Assembly (NCBI GenBank): GCA_963819655.1
Contig: CAWFXA010000001.1
Span: forward strand, 192,001-256,000
DNA length: 64,000 nt
Reading direction: 5' to 3'
Source of the DNA: an uncultured Chloroflexia bacterium
GTDB lineage: Bacteria; Chloroflexota; Limnocylindria; Limnocylindrales; CSP1-4
The notes under the pieces were generated by a model. It was not told the origin of the DNA, did not search any database, and saw nothing but the letters and a program-made list of their open reading frames with translations. Below, piece after piece: positions 39,271 to 48,474 of this stretch. A program made the position numbers and the translations under genes. How positions within the stretch are numbered: position 1 is the stretch's first letter; every line of letters starts with the position of its first letter.

Positions 39271-39372
39271 GCCCACCGATCGTACGTCAGCCGGACGCGC
39301 CGTCAGGGCGGTCTCGTCGCCCTCCCGGTGCTACCGTTTCGGCACGAACCCGCCCCGACCCGGAGGAGGTCC

Positions 39373-39780
39373 ATGGATCGCGCCGGCTTCCGCGCCTGGC
39401 TCCAGCGCTATGTCGATGCCTGGCGGCTGAACGATCCGGTGGCGGTCGGCGACCTGTTCAGCCCGGATGTGCGCTATGCCTTCGATCCGTTCGGCGAGGC
39501 GGTCGCGGGCCGGAACGCGGTCGTGGAGGCGTGGCTCGACGACCCGGACGACCCGGGTTCGTGGCAGGCCGACTACGACGTCCTCGCGGTCGACGGCGAC
39601 GTGTTCGTCGCGCACGGCCGAACGCGCTATCTGACCGACGACCGCAAATCGGTCGACCGCGAGTTCGCGAACGTGTTCGTGTGCCGTTTCGACGAGGACG
39701 GGCGCTGCCGCGAGTTCACCGAGTACTACATGCGCCGCCGGCCGGACGCTGAGCCGGACGAGGAGCCGGTGGCCGGTTAG
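39373..39780 (+). CDS. SnoaL/NTF2-like protein (third paralog)
   Basis: WLQRYVDAW...WLDDPDDPGSWQADY...FDEDGRCREFTEYY; GGAGGAGG SD. Confidence 0.85.
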   Translation: MDRAGFRAWLQRYVDAWRLNDPVAVGDLFSPDVRYAFDPFGEAVAGRNAVVEAWLDDPDDPGSWQADYDVLAVDGDVFVAHGRTRYLTDDRKSVDREFANVFVCRFDEDGRCREFTEYYMRRRPDAEPDEEPVAG

Positions 39781-39851
39781 GTCCGCGGCGCGGGTGTACC
39801 CTCCCCTCTCTCCATCACGCCACGTCATGCCGCGACACGAGGGTGAGGACC

Positions 39852-40703
39852 ATGCCGCGTATCGTCCGAGGGGCGCTCGTCCAGGCTAGCTGGACCGGCG
39901 ACAAGGAATCGATGATCCAGAAGCACGAGCAACGCGCCCACCAGGCGGCGAAGGATGGCGCCCAGGTCATCCTGTTCCAGGAGCTGTTCTACGGGCCGTA
40001 CTTCTGCCAGGTCCAGGACGCCCAGTACTACAGCTATACCGAGCTCATCCCGGACGGTCCGACGACCAAGCGGATGCAGGATCTCGCCAAGCAGACGGGC
40101 ATGGTCGTCGTCGCCCCGATGTACGAGGAAGACCAGCAGGCGTCCGGGATCTACTACAACACCGCGGCAGTCATCGACGCGGATGGCACGTACCTGGGGA
40201 AGTACCGCAAGACGCACATCCCGCACGTCAAGGGGTTCTGGGAGAAGTTCTACTTCCGGCCCGGGAACATGGGCTATCCCGTGTTCGAGACGGCGGTCGG
40301 CAAGGTCGGCGTGTACATCTGCTACGACCGCCACTTCCCGGAGGGCGCGCGCGCGCTCGGGCTGAACGGCGCGGAGATCGTGTTCATCCCGTCGGCCACC
40401 TCGCGCGGCCTGTCCGAGTACCTGTGGCGCATCGAGCAGCCCAGCCACGCGGTCGCCAACGGCTACTACGTCGGGACGATCAACCGCGTCGGTATCGAGA
40501 AGGAATACGGGGACGACGACTTCTATGGGCAGAGCTACTTCGTCGATCCGCGCGGTCAGTTCGTCGGGGACGTCGGCTCGGCGCACGACGAGGAGCTCAT
40601 CGTCCGCGATCTCGATCTGGACCGGATCGCCGAGGTCCGCAACACGTGGCAGTTCTTCCGGGATCGACGTCCGGACGCCTACGCAGACTTGACGCGCCCG
40701 TAG
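39852..40703 (+). CDS. Nitrilase-superfamily amidohydrolase, beta-ureidopropionase-like
   Basis: FQELFYGPYFC, YRKTHIP, WEKFYFRPG, ICYDRHFPE (E-K-C triad). Confidence 0.9.
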   Translation: MPRIVRGALVQASWTGDKESMIQKHEQRAHQAAKDGAQVILFQELFYGPYFCQVQDAQYYSYTELIPDGPTTKRMQDLAKQTGMVVVAPMYEEDQQASGIYYNTAAVIDADGTYLGKYRKTHIPHVKGFWEKFYFRPGNMGYPVFETAVGKVGVYICYDRHFPEGARALGLNGAEIVFIPSATSRGLSEYLWRIEQPSHAVANGYYVGTINRVGIEKEYGDDDFYGQSYFVDPRGQFVGDVGSAHDEELIVRDLDLDRIAEVRNTWQFFRDRRPDAYADLTRP

Positions 40704-40830
40704 GCGCTATCATCCGCGCCGGCTCGGCTGTCAGGAGGAGGACAGCCGAGTCCTCACAGCAATGGCTAGCGGAGCGTCGCCTTGCTGTTCGGATGGCGGG
40801 CGGCGGATCCCCGTTGAGGGTGCCAGATCC

Positions 40831-41820
40831 ATGAAGTTCGGTTTCACGCTCAAGCCCGACCACACGATCGAGCGCACCCTCGCGCTGACGCGCCAGGCCG
40901 AGGCGGCCGGCTTCGAGTACGGCTGGCTGTTCGACAGCCACGTGCTGTGGCGCGATCCGTATCCGTTGCTGACGCTCATGGCAGGCGTGAGCGAGCGCAT
41001 GCGGCTGGGGACCTGCGTCACCAATCCGGGCACGCGCGAGCCGTCGGTCACGGCGTCCTCGCTGGCCACGCTGGACGAGATCAGCGACGGACGGATGGAC
41101 CTAGGCATCGGTCGCGGCGACTCGGCCCGACGCGTGCTGGGCAAGCCGCCGATCACCCTCGCGCACACCGAGGAGGCGATCAACGTCATCCGGACCCTGG
41201 TGAGCGGCGGATCGATCACCTACGAAGGAACGGAATTGACGTTCCCGTGGACCCGCGGCTGGACGCTGCCCGTGTGGGTCGCGGGTTACGGGCCGATGGC
41301 CATCGCGATGACCGGCCGCGTCGCGGACGGGATCATCCTGCAGCTCGCCGACCCGGACCTCATCCGCTGGTTCGTGGGCCAGCTGCGCGAGGCCGCCGCG
41401 GCCGCCGGACGCGAACCGGGCTCTCTCAAGGTCCAGGCCGCGGCGCCTGCCCATGTCGGGCCGCGCGACGTCGGGCGGGAGCGGACCCGCTGGTTCCCGG
41501 CGCTCGTGTCGAACCACGTCGTGGATCTCGTCAACAAGTACCCGCGCGAGGAGCTGCCCGAGTCGCTGACCGGCTATGTCACCGACCGAACGGGCTACGA
41601 CTACCGCCACCACGCCGAGGTCGGATCGTCCAATGCGGCATTCGTCGGCGACGAGGTGACCGATCGGTTCTGCCTGCTCGGTGGGGCCGACGAACAGATC
41701 GCCAAGCTCCGCGAGCTGGCCGACGTCGGTGTCGACCAGTTCAACTTCTACCTCATGAACGGCGACGAGGAAGCCCAGCTCGAGGCCTACGGACGGGACG
41801 TGATCCCCGCCTTCCGCTGA
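40831..41820 (+). CDS. LLM-class, probably F420-dependent oxidoreductase (TIGR03842-like)
   Basis: FDSHVLW, GTCVTNPGTR, GIGRGDSARR, AGYGP, ADGIILQLADP. Confidence 0.85.
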   Translation: MKFGFTLKPDHTIERTLALTRQAEAAGFEYGWLFDSHVLWRDPYPLLTLMAGVSERMRLGTCVTNPGTREPSVTASSLATLDEISDGRMDLGIGRGDSARRVLGKPPITLAHTEEAINVIRTLVSGGSITYEGTELTFPWTRGWTLPVWVAGYGPMAIAMTGRVADGIILQLADPDLIRWFVGQLREAAAAAGREPGSLKVQAAAPAHVGPRDVGRERTRWFPALVSNHVVDLVNKYPREELPESLTGYVTDRTGYDYRHHAEVGSSNAAFVGDEVTDRFCLLGGADEQIAKLRELADVGVDQFNFYLMNGDEEAQLEAYGRDVIPAFR

Positions 41821-41833
41821 GTTCGTGCCAGTA

Positions 41834-42073
41834 GGCCCGAGTCCCTTGCATTCGATGCAAGCATCGACGTGGACCGGGCCGTCGCGGACGACCCAACGCG
41901 CGAGAAGCGGCATCCAAGGACGGATCTGGTGGTGGATATGGCTCCACCACCACCGCTCGTCGATGGCACCCAGCATCTGATGCCGATTCGGCTCCCGGCG
42001 AACCGCACGGACACGCGAGTGCTTGCATCTGATGCAACCCGCGTCGCCGACCCGGCATGTGATGCGCGGGATC
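41834..42073. other. Non-coding region with four GCAT-N3-ATGC palindromes in extended hairpins (operator array or structured RNA)
   Basis: TTGCATTCGATGCAA 41846, GCATCTGATGC 41973, TTGCATCTGATGCAA 42023, GCATGTGATGC 42055; 10-bp stem 41927-41952. Confidence 0.55.
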
Positions 42074-42190
42074 CGGCGCTGGGGCCCTCGTCATTCCGGC
42101 CTTCTGCTGAGGTACTGGCCGGTATGTCAGGGTGTTCAGCGGTACCGAGCGTGCGCCACCATGTCCTCCCCAATCCGCACGGAGGACACC

Positions 42191-42370
42191 ATGATCGCCA
42201 GACTCGGTCGTCGTGATCCGTTCTGGGACGATGGCAAGGGTGCGCGCCGACGACAGCTCCGATTGCGCGTCGAAGGCCTGCTCGCGATCGCCCTCGCCAT
42301 CGCCGCTTGCGGCCTGACCGCCGCTATGTGGCTGCGCCAGATCCTGCCCGTGGTTGGCATCCAGATCTGA
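42191..42370 (+). CDS. Small (59 aa) single-TM protein
   Basis: GGAGG SD before ATG; MIARLGRRDPFWDDGKG...EGLLAIALAIAACGLTAAMWL. Confidence 0.7.
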   Translation: MIARLGRRDPFWDDGKGARRRQLRLRVEGLLAIALAIAACGLTAAMWLRQILPVVGIQI

Positions 42371-42556
42371 CCCCCCGGCGTCCGCCGCCGGTGCCGCACC
42401 ACACCGCAAAAACGATCGCCGCGCAACGCCATGGCTGCCCTTTGCTGGCGTCGAGTGGGATTGAGGGTCGACACCATGGGACCCCTTCGCTACTCGACAA
42501 CGTGACCCGTCCTCGGTGGAGACTCGCTCCCTCATCCGAACCGGAGAGGGAACGCC

Positions 42557-43597
42557 GTGCAGGGACGCCACAGGCTGCCGCCGCCCGTCATCGTCGCGAC
42601 CATCGGCATGGTCCTCGGGCTTGTGCTGCCGGGGACGGCGCTCGCGGCGGCATCCGTCGACCTCGATCAGTGGGCCAGCAGTGACGCGGCCTGGCAGAAC
42701 GGCAACCTCAACGGCAACAACAGCCGCTATCCCGAAGGTGGGATCGTGCCGTTCCGACTGGCCCTCGAAGGACTGAAGCCGGGCGCCCACTCGATCCACA
42801 TCAACTACGACTTCACCGCCGGCGGTCACAAGGCCTACGACTTCCTCGCGACGTGGAACGTGACCAACGCCAAGGGCAAGGTCTGCATCCCGAGCGGCGG
42901 GGCGATCTCGTCGATGTGTCCGGGCCTGCCCGGATCGACGAGCGCGGCGTTCCCGTCCGACCCATTCAAAGCGAACGGCCTATCAGTCAAGGGCGCCGAG
43001 GCCTATTCGGGTGCGCCGCGCCGGCTCACGATCTGGGGCGGGACGATCACCTCGATCAGTGCCCCCGCGCACGCCGGGTCCGTGAACGGCAACAGCACTG
43101 CGGACATCGTGGTGCGTTTCCGCTCGACGAGCCCGGCGGTCCTATTCGCATGGGGCGGGCACCTCGCCCAGTCTCGCTACTGGGATACGGCCGGCGGCGG
43201 CGCGCGTGATGGCGCGTCGCTCGTGTCCGGTGCGCCGTGGCACATGCGGACGCTGCAACTCGATGGCGCGGGCAACCGGAACCAGGATCGCAGCATCCAG
43301 CCGAGCGCGATCGTCGGCGAGCTGCCGCCCCAGGCGCTCGCACCGACCCCGCCGGGAGCGCCGGCAACGCCTCGGCCGCCGGCGACGCCGCGACCGCCGT
43401 CCGCCCCGAACGATCCGAATTCGCCCGCGGCGCCTCGCGGACCCCTCGCCACCGTCCCACCGACGAGCACGGTGGAACCGCGCGTTGTCACAGGCTCGCC
43501 CACCCCGGCGCTCATCCTGGCCGTTTTGCTCGGCACCACGCTCGTGGGCCTGTCGATCGCGAGCGGCTGGCGCCGCCGGACCCGGCCACAAGACTGA
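42557..43597 (+). CDS. Secreted, C-terminally anchored surface protein
   Basis: Signal peptide (ALA-A), G/N/W-rich domain, Pro-rich stalk, VPPTST plus TM helix and WRRRTR tail. Confidence 0.8.
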   Translation: MQGRHRLPPPVIVATIGMVLGLVLPGTALAAASVDLDQWASSDAAWQNGNLNGNNSRYPEGGIVPFRLALEGLKPGAHSIHINYDFTAGGHKAYDFLATWNVTNAKGKVCIPSGGAISSMCPGLPGSTSAAFPSDPFKANGLSVKGAEAYSGAPRRLTIWGGTITSISAPAHAGSVNGNSTADIVVRFRSTSPAVLFAWGGHLAQSRYWDTAGGGARDGASLVSGAPWHMRTLQLDGAGNRNQDRSIQPSAIVGELPPQALAPTPPGAPATPRPPATPRPPSAPNDPNSPAAPRGPLATVPPTSTVEPRVVTGSPTPALILAVLLGTTLVGLSIASGWRRRTRPQD

Positions 43598-43691
43598 CCC
43601 GTCGACCGAGGTCGTCCGCCGACCCGCTCATCACCTACCATCTGCCTCCTGACCGACTCGACGCCGTGGTCGCCCAGGAGGGACAGCCTCG

Positions 43692-45089
43692 ATGCGCACG
43701 CTCATCACCAACGGGACCATCGTCACCGGGGAGGGATCGCAGTCCGCGGACGTGCTCATCGACGGCGAGACCATCGCCGCGATCGGCGGCGATCTGGCGG
43801 GCGCCGGCATGACGGCAGACGACACGATCGACGCCTCCGGGAAGTACGTCATCCCGGGTGCGATCGACGTCCATACCCACATGGAGCTGCCATTCGGCGG
43901 CACGTTCGCGAAGGACACCTTCGAGACCGGCACGCGGGCCGCCGCCTTCGGCGGGACCACCACGATCGTCGACTTCGCGGTCCAGACCCGCGGCCAGTCG
44001 CTGCGCGAAGGGCTCGACGCGTGGCACGCCAAGGCCGAGGGCAACGCCGTCGCCGACTACGGCTTCCACATGATCATGAGCGACGTCACCGACGACACGC
44101 TCAAGGAGATGGACACGCTGGTCGCCGAGGGTGTGCCCGACTTCAAGCTGTTCACGGCCTACCCGGGCGTGTTCTACAGCGACGACGGTGCGATCTTCCG
44201 GGCGATGCAGCAGACGGAGAAGAACGGCGGGCTGATCATGATGCACGCCGAGAACGGCATGGCCATCGACGTCGTCGCCGAGCAGACCTTCGAGAGCGGG
44301 ACGACCGACCCGATCGGTCACGGGCTGGCGCGGAAGGCCGTCTTCGAGGGTGAGGCGACCAACCGGGTCATCCGCCTTGCCGAGGCCGCCGGGGTCCCCG
44401 TGTACATCGTCCACCTGTCCGCCAGCGATGCGTTGGCCGAGGTCCGCGCCGCCCGGGACCGCGGCTCCAGGGTCTTCGCCGAGACGTGCCCGCAGTACCT
44501 GTTCCTGTCGCTCGACGACCTCCGCAACGGGTTCGAGGGTGCCAAGTTCATCTGCTCGCCACCGCTCCGCCCGAAGAGCCACTGGGACGACCTGTGGTCG
44601 GGTCTTGTGAAGGACGACCTTCAGCTGGTCTCGACCGACCATTGCCCGTTCGACTTCCACGGCCAGAAGGAGCTCGGGCGGGGCGACTTCCGGAAGGTGC
44701 CCAACGGCCTGCCGGGCGTCGAGGACCGTGTCGACCTGATGCACGACGGCGGGGTCGTGGGCGGACGGATCTCGAAGGAACGGTGGGTCGAGATCCTGTC
44801 GACGGCGCCCGCCAAGCTGTTCGGGATGTATCCACGCAAGGGCTCGGTCAGCGTCGGCGCCGACGCCGATCTCGTCGTCTACGACCCGAACCGGAAGCGG
44901 ACGATCTCCGCCACCAGCCACCACATGGATGTCGACTACTCGTGCTACGAGGGCCGCCAGGTGCAGGGCGCGAGCGACGTCGTCCTGTCGCGTGGGTCGG
45001 TCATCGTCCGCGACGGCACGTTTACCGGACGCAAAGGCCACGGCCGGTTCGTGAAGCGATCGACCGCCGACCACGCCAGGATCTCCTGA
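43692..45089 (+). CDS. hydA: Dihydropyrimidinase / D-hydantoinase
   Basis: PGAIDVHTH, AAAFGGTTT, FKLFTAY, MHAENG, ETCPQY, SPPLR, STDHCPF, PNGLPG. Confidence 0.95.
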   Translation: MRTLITNGTIVTGEGSQSADVLIDGETIAAIGGDLAGAGMTADDTIDASGKYVIPGAIDVHTHMELPFGGTFAKDTFETGTRAAAFGGTTTIVDFAVQTRGQSLREGLDAWHAKAEGNAVADYGFHMIMSDVTDDTLKEMDTLVAEGVPDFKLFTAYPGVFYSDDGAIFRAMQQTEKNGGLIMMHAENGMAIDVVAEQTFESGTTDPIGHGLARKAVFEGEATNRVIRLAEAAGVPVYIVHLSASDALAEVRAARDRGSRVFAETCPQYLFLSLDDLRNGFEGAKFICSPPLRPKSHWDDLWSGLVKDDLQLVSTDHCPFDFHGQKELGRGDFRKVPNGLPGVEDRVDLMHDGGVVGGRISKERWVEILSTAPAKLFGMYPRKGSVSVGADADLVVYDPNRKRTISATSHHMDVDYSCYEGRQVQGASDVVLSRGSVIVRDGTFTGRKGHGRFVKRSTADHARIS

Positions 45090-45091
45090 CG

Positions 45092-45565
45092 ATGAGCCAG
45101 ATCGAGGGCGTGCGCTTCGGCCACGTGAATGTCACCACATCCGACTGGCGCCGGCTGGTCGCGTTCTACACCGACGTGTTCGGGTGCGAGTTCGTGCCAC
45201 CGGAGCGGGACATCCAGGGCGAGCACCTAGATAGGGCGACGGGCCTGCGCGATGCGCACCTGACCGGTGCCCATCTCCGTCTGCCGGGCCACGGTCCGGA
45301 CGGGCCGACGATCGAGATCTTCTCGTACGACGAGCTCGAGAAGCACCCCGGGGCGAACGTCGCCCGCGCCGGATGGGGCCACGTCGCGTTCCAGGTGCCC
45401 TACGTTCCCACAGCGGTCGAGGCCGTCATCGCGGCCGGCGGCGGGCGGCTCGGCGAGGTCATCACGACGCGCACTTCCGATGGCCGGCAGGTGACCTGGG
45501 GCTACGTGACGGACCCGGACGGCAACATCGTCGAGCTCCAGGCCTGGTCGGTCGCGGCGGACTGA
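45092..45565 (+). CDS. VOC/glyoxalase-family protein
   Basis: GHVNV, FYTDVFG, IEIF, GHVAFQV, DPDGNIVEL. Confidence 0.85.
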   Translation: MSQIEGVRFGHVNVTTSDWRRLVAFYTDVFGCEFVPPERDIQGEHLDRATGLRDAHLTGAHLRLPGHGPDGPTIEIFSYDELEKHPGANVARAGWGHVAFQVPYVPTAVEAVIAAGGGRLGEVITTRTSDGRQVTWGYVTDPDGNIVELQAWSVAAD

Positions 45566-45570
45566 ACCGG

Positions 45571-46008
45571 GTGGTCGAGGTCCGCCGACGCGTCACGATC
45601 CCCGCCGAGCTCGACCGGCTCGCCGAGATCCGCGCGGTCGTGCGCGATGTCGCGCATGGCTGCGAGGCGCCGGCGGACTGCATCGACGACCTCGTCCAGG
45701 CGGTCGACGAGGCGGCCACGAACATCATCGTGCATGGCTACCGGGGCGCCCAAGGCACCATCGAGCTGACCGCGGAGCTGGTATCGGGCGACATCGTCTT
45801 CACGCTCGAAGACACGGCTCCGCCCTACGATCCGACTACCGTCCCGCCACCGGACCTGACCGTCCCACCCGCCCAGCGCCGGCCCGGCGGCATGGGCGTC
45901 CACCTGATGCGCCTCGCCACCGATTCGCTTGTGCATCGACCGCGCCCGGGCGGTGGCAACATACTGACCCTCACGCGTGCGAGGGCTCGTCGATTCAAGG
46001 AGGTGTGA
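45571..46008 (+). CDS. RsbW-like anti-sigma factor / serine kinase
   Basis: AVDEAATNIIVHGY, LEDTAPPYDP, GGMGVHLM. Confidence 0.88.
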   Translation: MVEVRRRVTIPAELDRLAEIRAVVRDVAHGCEAPADCIDDLVQAVDEAATNIIVHGYRGAQGTIELTAELVSGDIVFTLEDTAPPYDPTTVPPPDLTVPPAQRRPGGMGVHLMRLATDSLVHRPRPGGGNILTLTRARARRFKEV

Positions 46009-46011
46009 TCG

Positions 46012-46431
46012 ATGGCGATGCAGACCACGATCGAGCGCGTCGACGCGCACGTCCCGATCACGGTCATGACGCTCACCGGGGAGCTCGACGCGTCCAACTA
46101 CCTGCGCCTGGTCGACGATGTGCGCCCGCTCTACGGGGCGGGTGTCCGTCACCTGTTGCTCGATCTCACCGACCTGACGTTCATCTCCAGCTCGGGTCTC
46201 GTGTCGCTGTATTCGATCGAGAAGGTCATGCAGGGCCAGGAGCCACCGGATCCGGAGTACGGCTGGGGTGCGTTGCACGAGGTCGGCCGGGCGGTCGACG
46301 ACGGCACGATCCAGAGCGCCGTCCAGCTGTGCGGCGTCCAGCCGGGCGTGCGCGAGGTGATCGAACGCACAGGGCTCGATCGTCTCTTCCAGATCCATCC
46401 CGATCGGGCGACCGCAGTCGCCGAGTTCTGA
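46012..46431 (+). CDS. STAS-domain anti-anti-sigma factor
   Basis: LTGELDA, LLDLTDLTFISSSGL, VREVIERTGL; AAGGAGG SD. Confidence 0.88.
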   Translation: MAMQTTIERVDAHVPITVMTLTGELDASNYLRLVDDVRPLYGAGVRHLLLDLTDLTFISSSGLVSLYSIEKVMQGQEPPDPEYGWGALHEVGRAVDDGTIQSAVQLCGVQPGVREVIERTGLDRLFQIHPDRATAVAEF

Positions 46432-46450
46432 CCGGATCGGGGTCGCGGGC

Positions 46451-47551
46451 GTGACCGGCCTCGACCCGTCGTTCCCGGTCGACCGCGCGACGCTCGAGCG
46501 GATCCTGGCTCCGTTCAAACGAGTTCCGGACGGCCTGACAGTCACCCTCCAGGACGCGTTGGGTCAGACGATCGACGGATCGCCGGCCGACGCCGCGTCT
46601 TCCGCGAACGCCCGTCTCACGCGCGACCTGCTGGTCGGTGGGTCGGTGTTCGGGCGGCTCGTCGCCGAGGGTCCCGGGGTCACCGACAGGACGATCGCGG
46701 CATCGCTCGACGCGCTGGCAGCTGCGCTGGAGCAGCTCGCCGAGGCCGGGCAGCGGTCGCCGGCCGCCTCCGCCACCGAGGTGGGGACCGCCGTGACGGA
46801 CCGACGATCCGGCATCGCGGCCGAGCTGGCCGTGGGTCGCCTGCATCAGCGCAGCATCGTGTCGCTGGTGGCTCCGGAGGTCGCCGGCTACGACCTCGCG
46901 AGCCATTACGAGCCGGCCCGCGAGCTCGGGGGCGACTTCTTCGAGCTGTTCCGCCTGCGCCGGCGCGGGCAACCGCTGGGCATCGTCATCGCGGACGTCG
47001 CCGGCAAGGGCATCGCCGCGGCGCTCCTGATGGCATTCGCGCGGCCGATCATCCACTCGGCGCTGCACGCCGCGAGCGGGCCGGCCGACGCGCTCGAGCG
47101 GACCAATCGGATCCTCGTGGACGAGGTCCATACCTCGCTGTTCATCACCGCGCTCGTCGGCCGGCTCGACCCCCGCTCGGGCCACGTTCGGCTGGCCAAC
47201 GCGGGGCACGAGCCCGCGCTTCTCGTCCCGGGCGACGGCGGAGCCATCGAGAGCATCGAAGGTGGCGGTCCGCTGCTGGGTGCCTTCGCGCCTCTCGACC
47301 TGACCGAGATCGACCTGACCCTGCGACCCGGTGACCGGCTCGTGCTGTACACGGACGGCGTGACCGATTCTCGGTCCCCATCCGGGGAACGGTTCGGCAT
47401 GCCCCGCTTGCTCGAGACCATCGAGAGGGCGCGCGCAGGCTCTGCCAACGACTTGGTGGCTGCCATCCGATCAGCCGAGGCGAATTTCCGGAACGGCGCC
47501 GAATGCGTCGACGATGTGACGATCGTGGCCGTCGGACGGCACGCGTCATGA
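46451..47551 (+). CDS. PP2C/SpoIIE (RsbU-like) serine phosphatase
   Basis: LGGDFF, IADVAGKG, NAGH, LYTDGVTD, DDVTIV. Confidence 0.9.
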   Translation: MTGLDPSFPVDRATLERILAPFKRVPDGLTVTLQDALGQTIDGSPADAASSANARLTRDLLVGGSVFGRLVAEGPGVTDRTIAASLDALAAALEQLAEAGQRSPAASATEVGTAVTDRRSGIAAELAVGRLHQRSIVSLVAPEVAGYDLASHYEPARELGGDFFELFRLRRRGQPLGIVIADVAGKGIAAALLMAFARPIIHSALHAASGPADALERTNRILVDEVHTSLFITALVGRLDPRSGHVRLANAGHEPALLVPGDGGAIESIEGGGPLLGAFAPLDLTEIDLTLRPGDRLVLYTDGVTDSRSPSGERFGMPRLLETIERARAGSANDLVAAIRSAEANFRNGAECVDDVTIVAVGRHAS

Positions 47552-48474
47552 CGTCCGGCGCGCCGACCATGGCGGCTCCGACGATCCTCGACGGCGGGCT
47601 CGCGACCGAGCTCGAGGCGCGTGGCAACGACCTGAGCGACAGGCTGTGGTCGGCGCGCCTCCTCCTCGACGATCCGGACGCGATCGAGGACATCCACCTC
47701 GCCTACTTCCGCGCAGGTGCGCAGGTCGCGACGACGGCGAGCTACCAGGCGACCGTGCAGGGCTTTGCGGCGGCGGGGCTGGATCGCGACACGGCTCTCG
47801 GCGCCATCCGGCGCTCGGTCGAGCTGGCCCAGCGGGCGAGGGACCGGTTCGCGGCAGAGTCCGGCGGCGGTGACGGGCTGCGTGTGGCGGGCTCCGTCGG
47901 GCCGTACGGCGCGATGCTCGCCGACGGGTCCGAATATCGGGGCGACTACGATCCCGGCGAGGTGGCCCTCCGCGACCTGCACGGCCCGCGGATCGAGGCG
48001 TTGCTGGACGCGGGCGCCGACATCCTCGCGATCGAGACGATCCCCGCGTTGCGCGAGGCCCGGGTGCTGGTGGATCTCGTCGCGGAATCGGGCGCCACGG
48101 CGTGGCTGTCGTACCAGTGCCGCGACGCGTCCACGACGGCGGCGGGTGAACCGATCGAGGAGGCGGTGGCGCTGGCAGCGGGGGCCTCGGGCGTCGTTGC
48201 GGTCGGCGTGAACTGCACGGCCCCGCGTCATGTCCCGGCATTGCTGGCTGCCGCCCGCACCGCGACGACGAAGCCGCTCATCGCCTACCCGAACGCAGGC
48301 GACGCGTGGGACGCACGGGACCGCCGCTGGATCAGTACCGACAGCACTGGGGGCTTTGACCCGACGGCGGTCGCATCGTGGGCCGCGATGGGCGCGGCCT
48401 GGCTCGGCGGCTGCTGCGGGACGGGGCCCGCGGACATCGCTGCCCTGGCAGCCGCCGCTATGGTGTCGAGCTGA
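47548..48474 (+). CDS. mmuM: Homocysteine S-methyltransferase
   Basis: LDGGLATELE, LWSARLL, GSVGPYGA..ADGSEYRG, GVNC, GGCCGT. Confidence 0.93.
   Translation: MTSGAPTMAAPTILDGGLATELEARGNDLSDRLWSARLLLDDPDAIEDIHLAYFRAGAQVATTASYQATVQGFAAAGLDRDTALGAIRRSVELAQRARDRFAAESGGGDGLRVAGSVGPYGAMLADGSEYRGDYDPGEVALRDLHGPRIEALLDAGADILAIETIPALREARVLVDLVAESGATAWLSYQCRDASTTAAGEPIEEAVALAAGASGVVAVGVNCTAPRHVPALLAAARTATTKPLIAYPNAGDAWDARDRRWISTDSTGGFDPTAVASWAAMGAAWLGGCCGTGPADIAALAAAAMVSS

Noticed and set aside
41846-42065. Palindrome cluster as a mini-CRISPR, tRNA or known riboswitch
   Set aside because: Repeats are only 11-15 nt with irregular spacing; no cloverleaf/T-loop or recognisable aptamer consensus. Kept as an unknown element instead.
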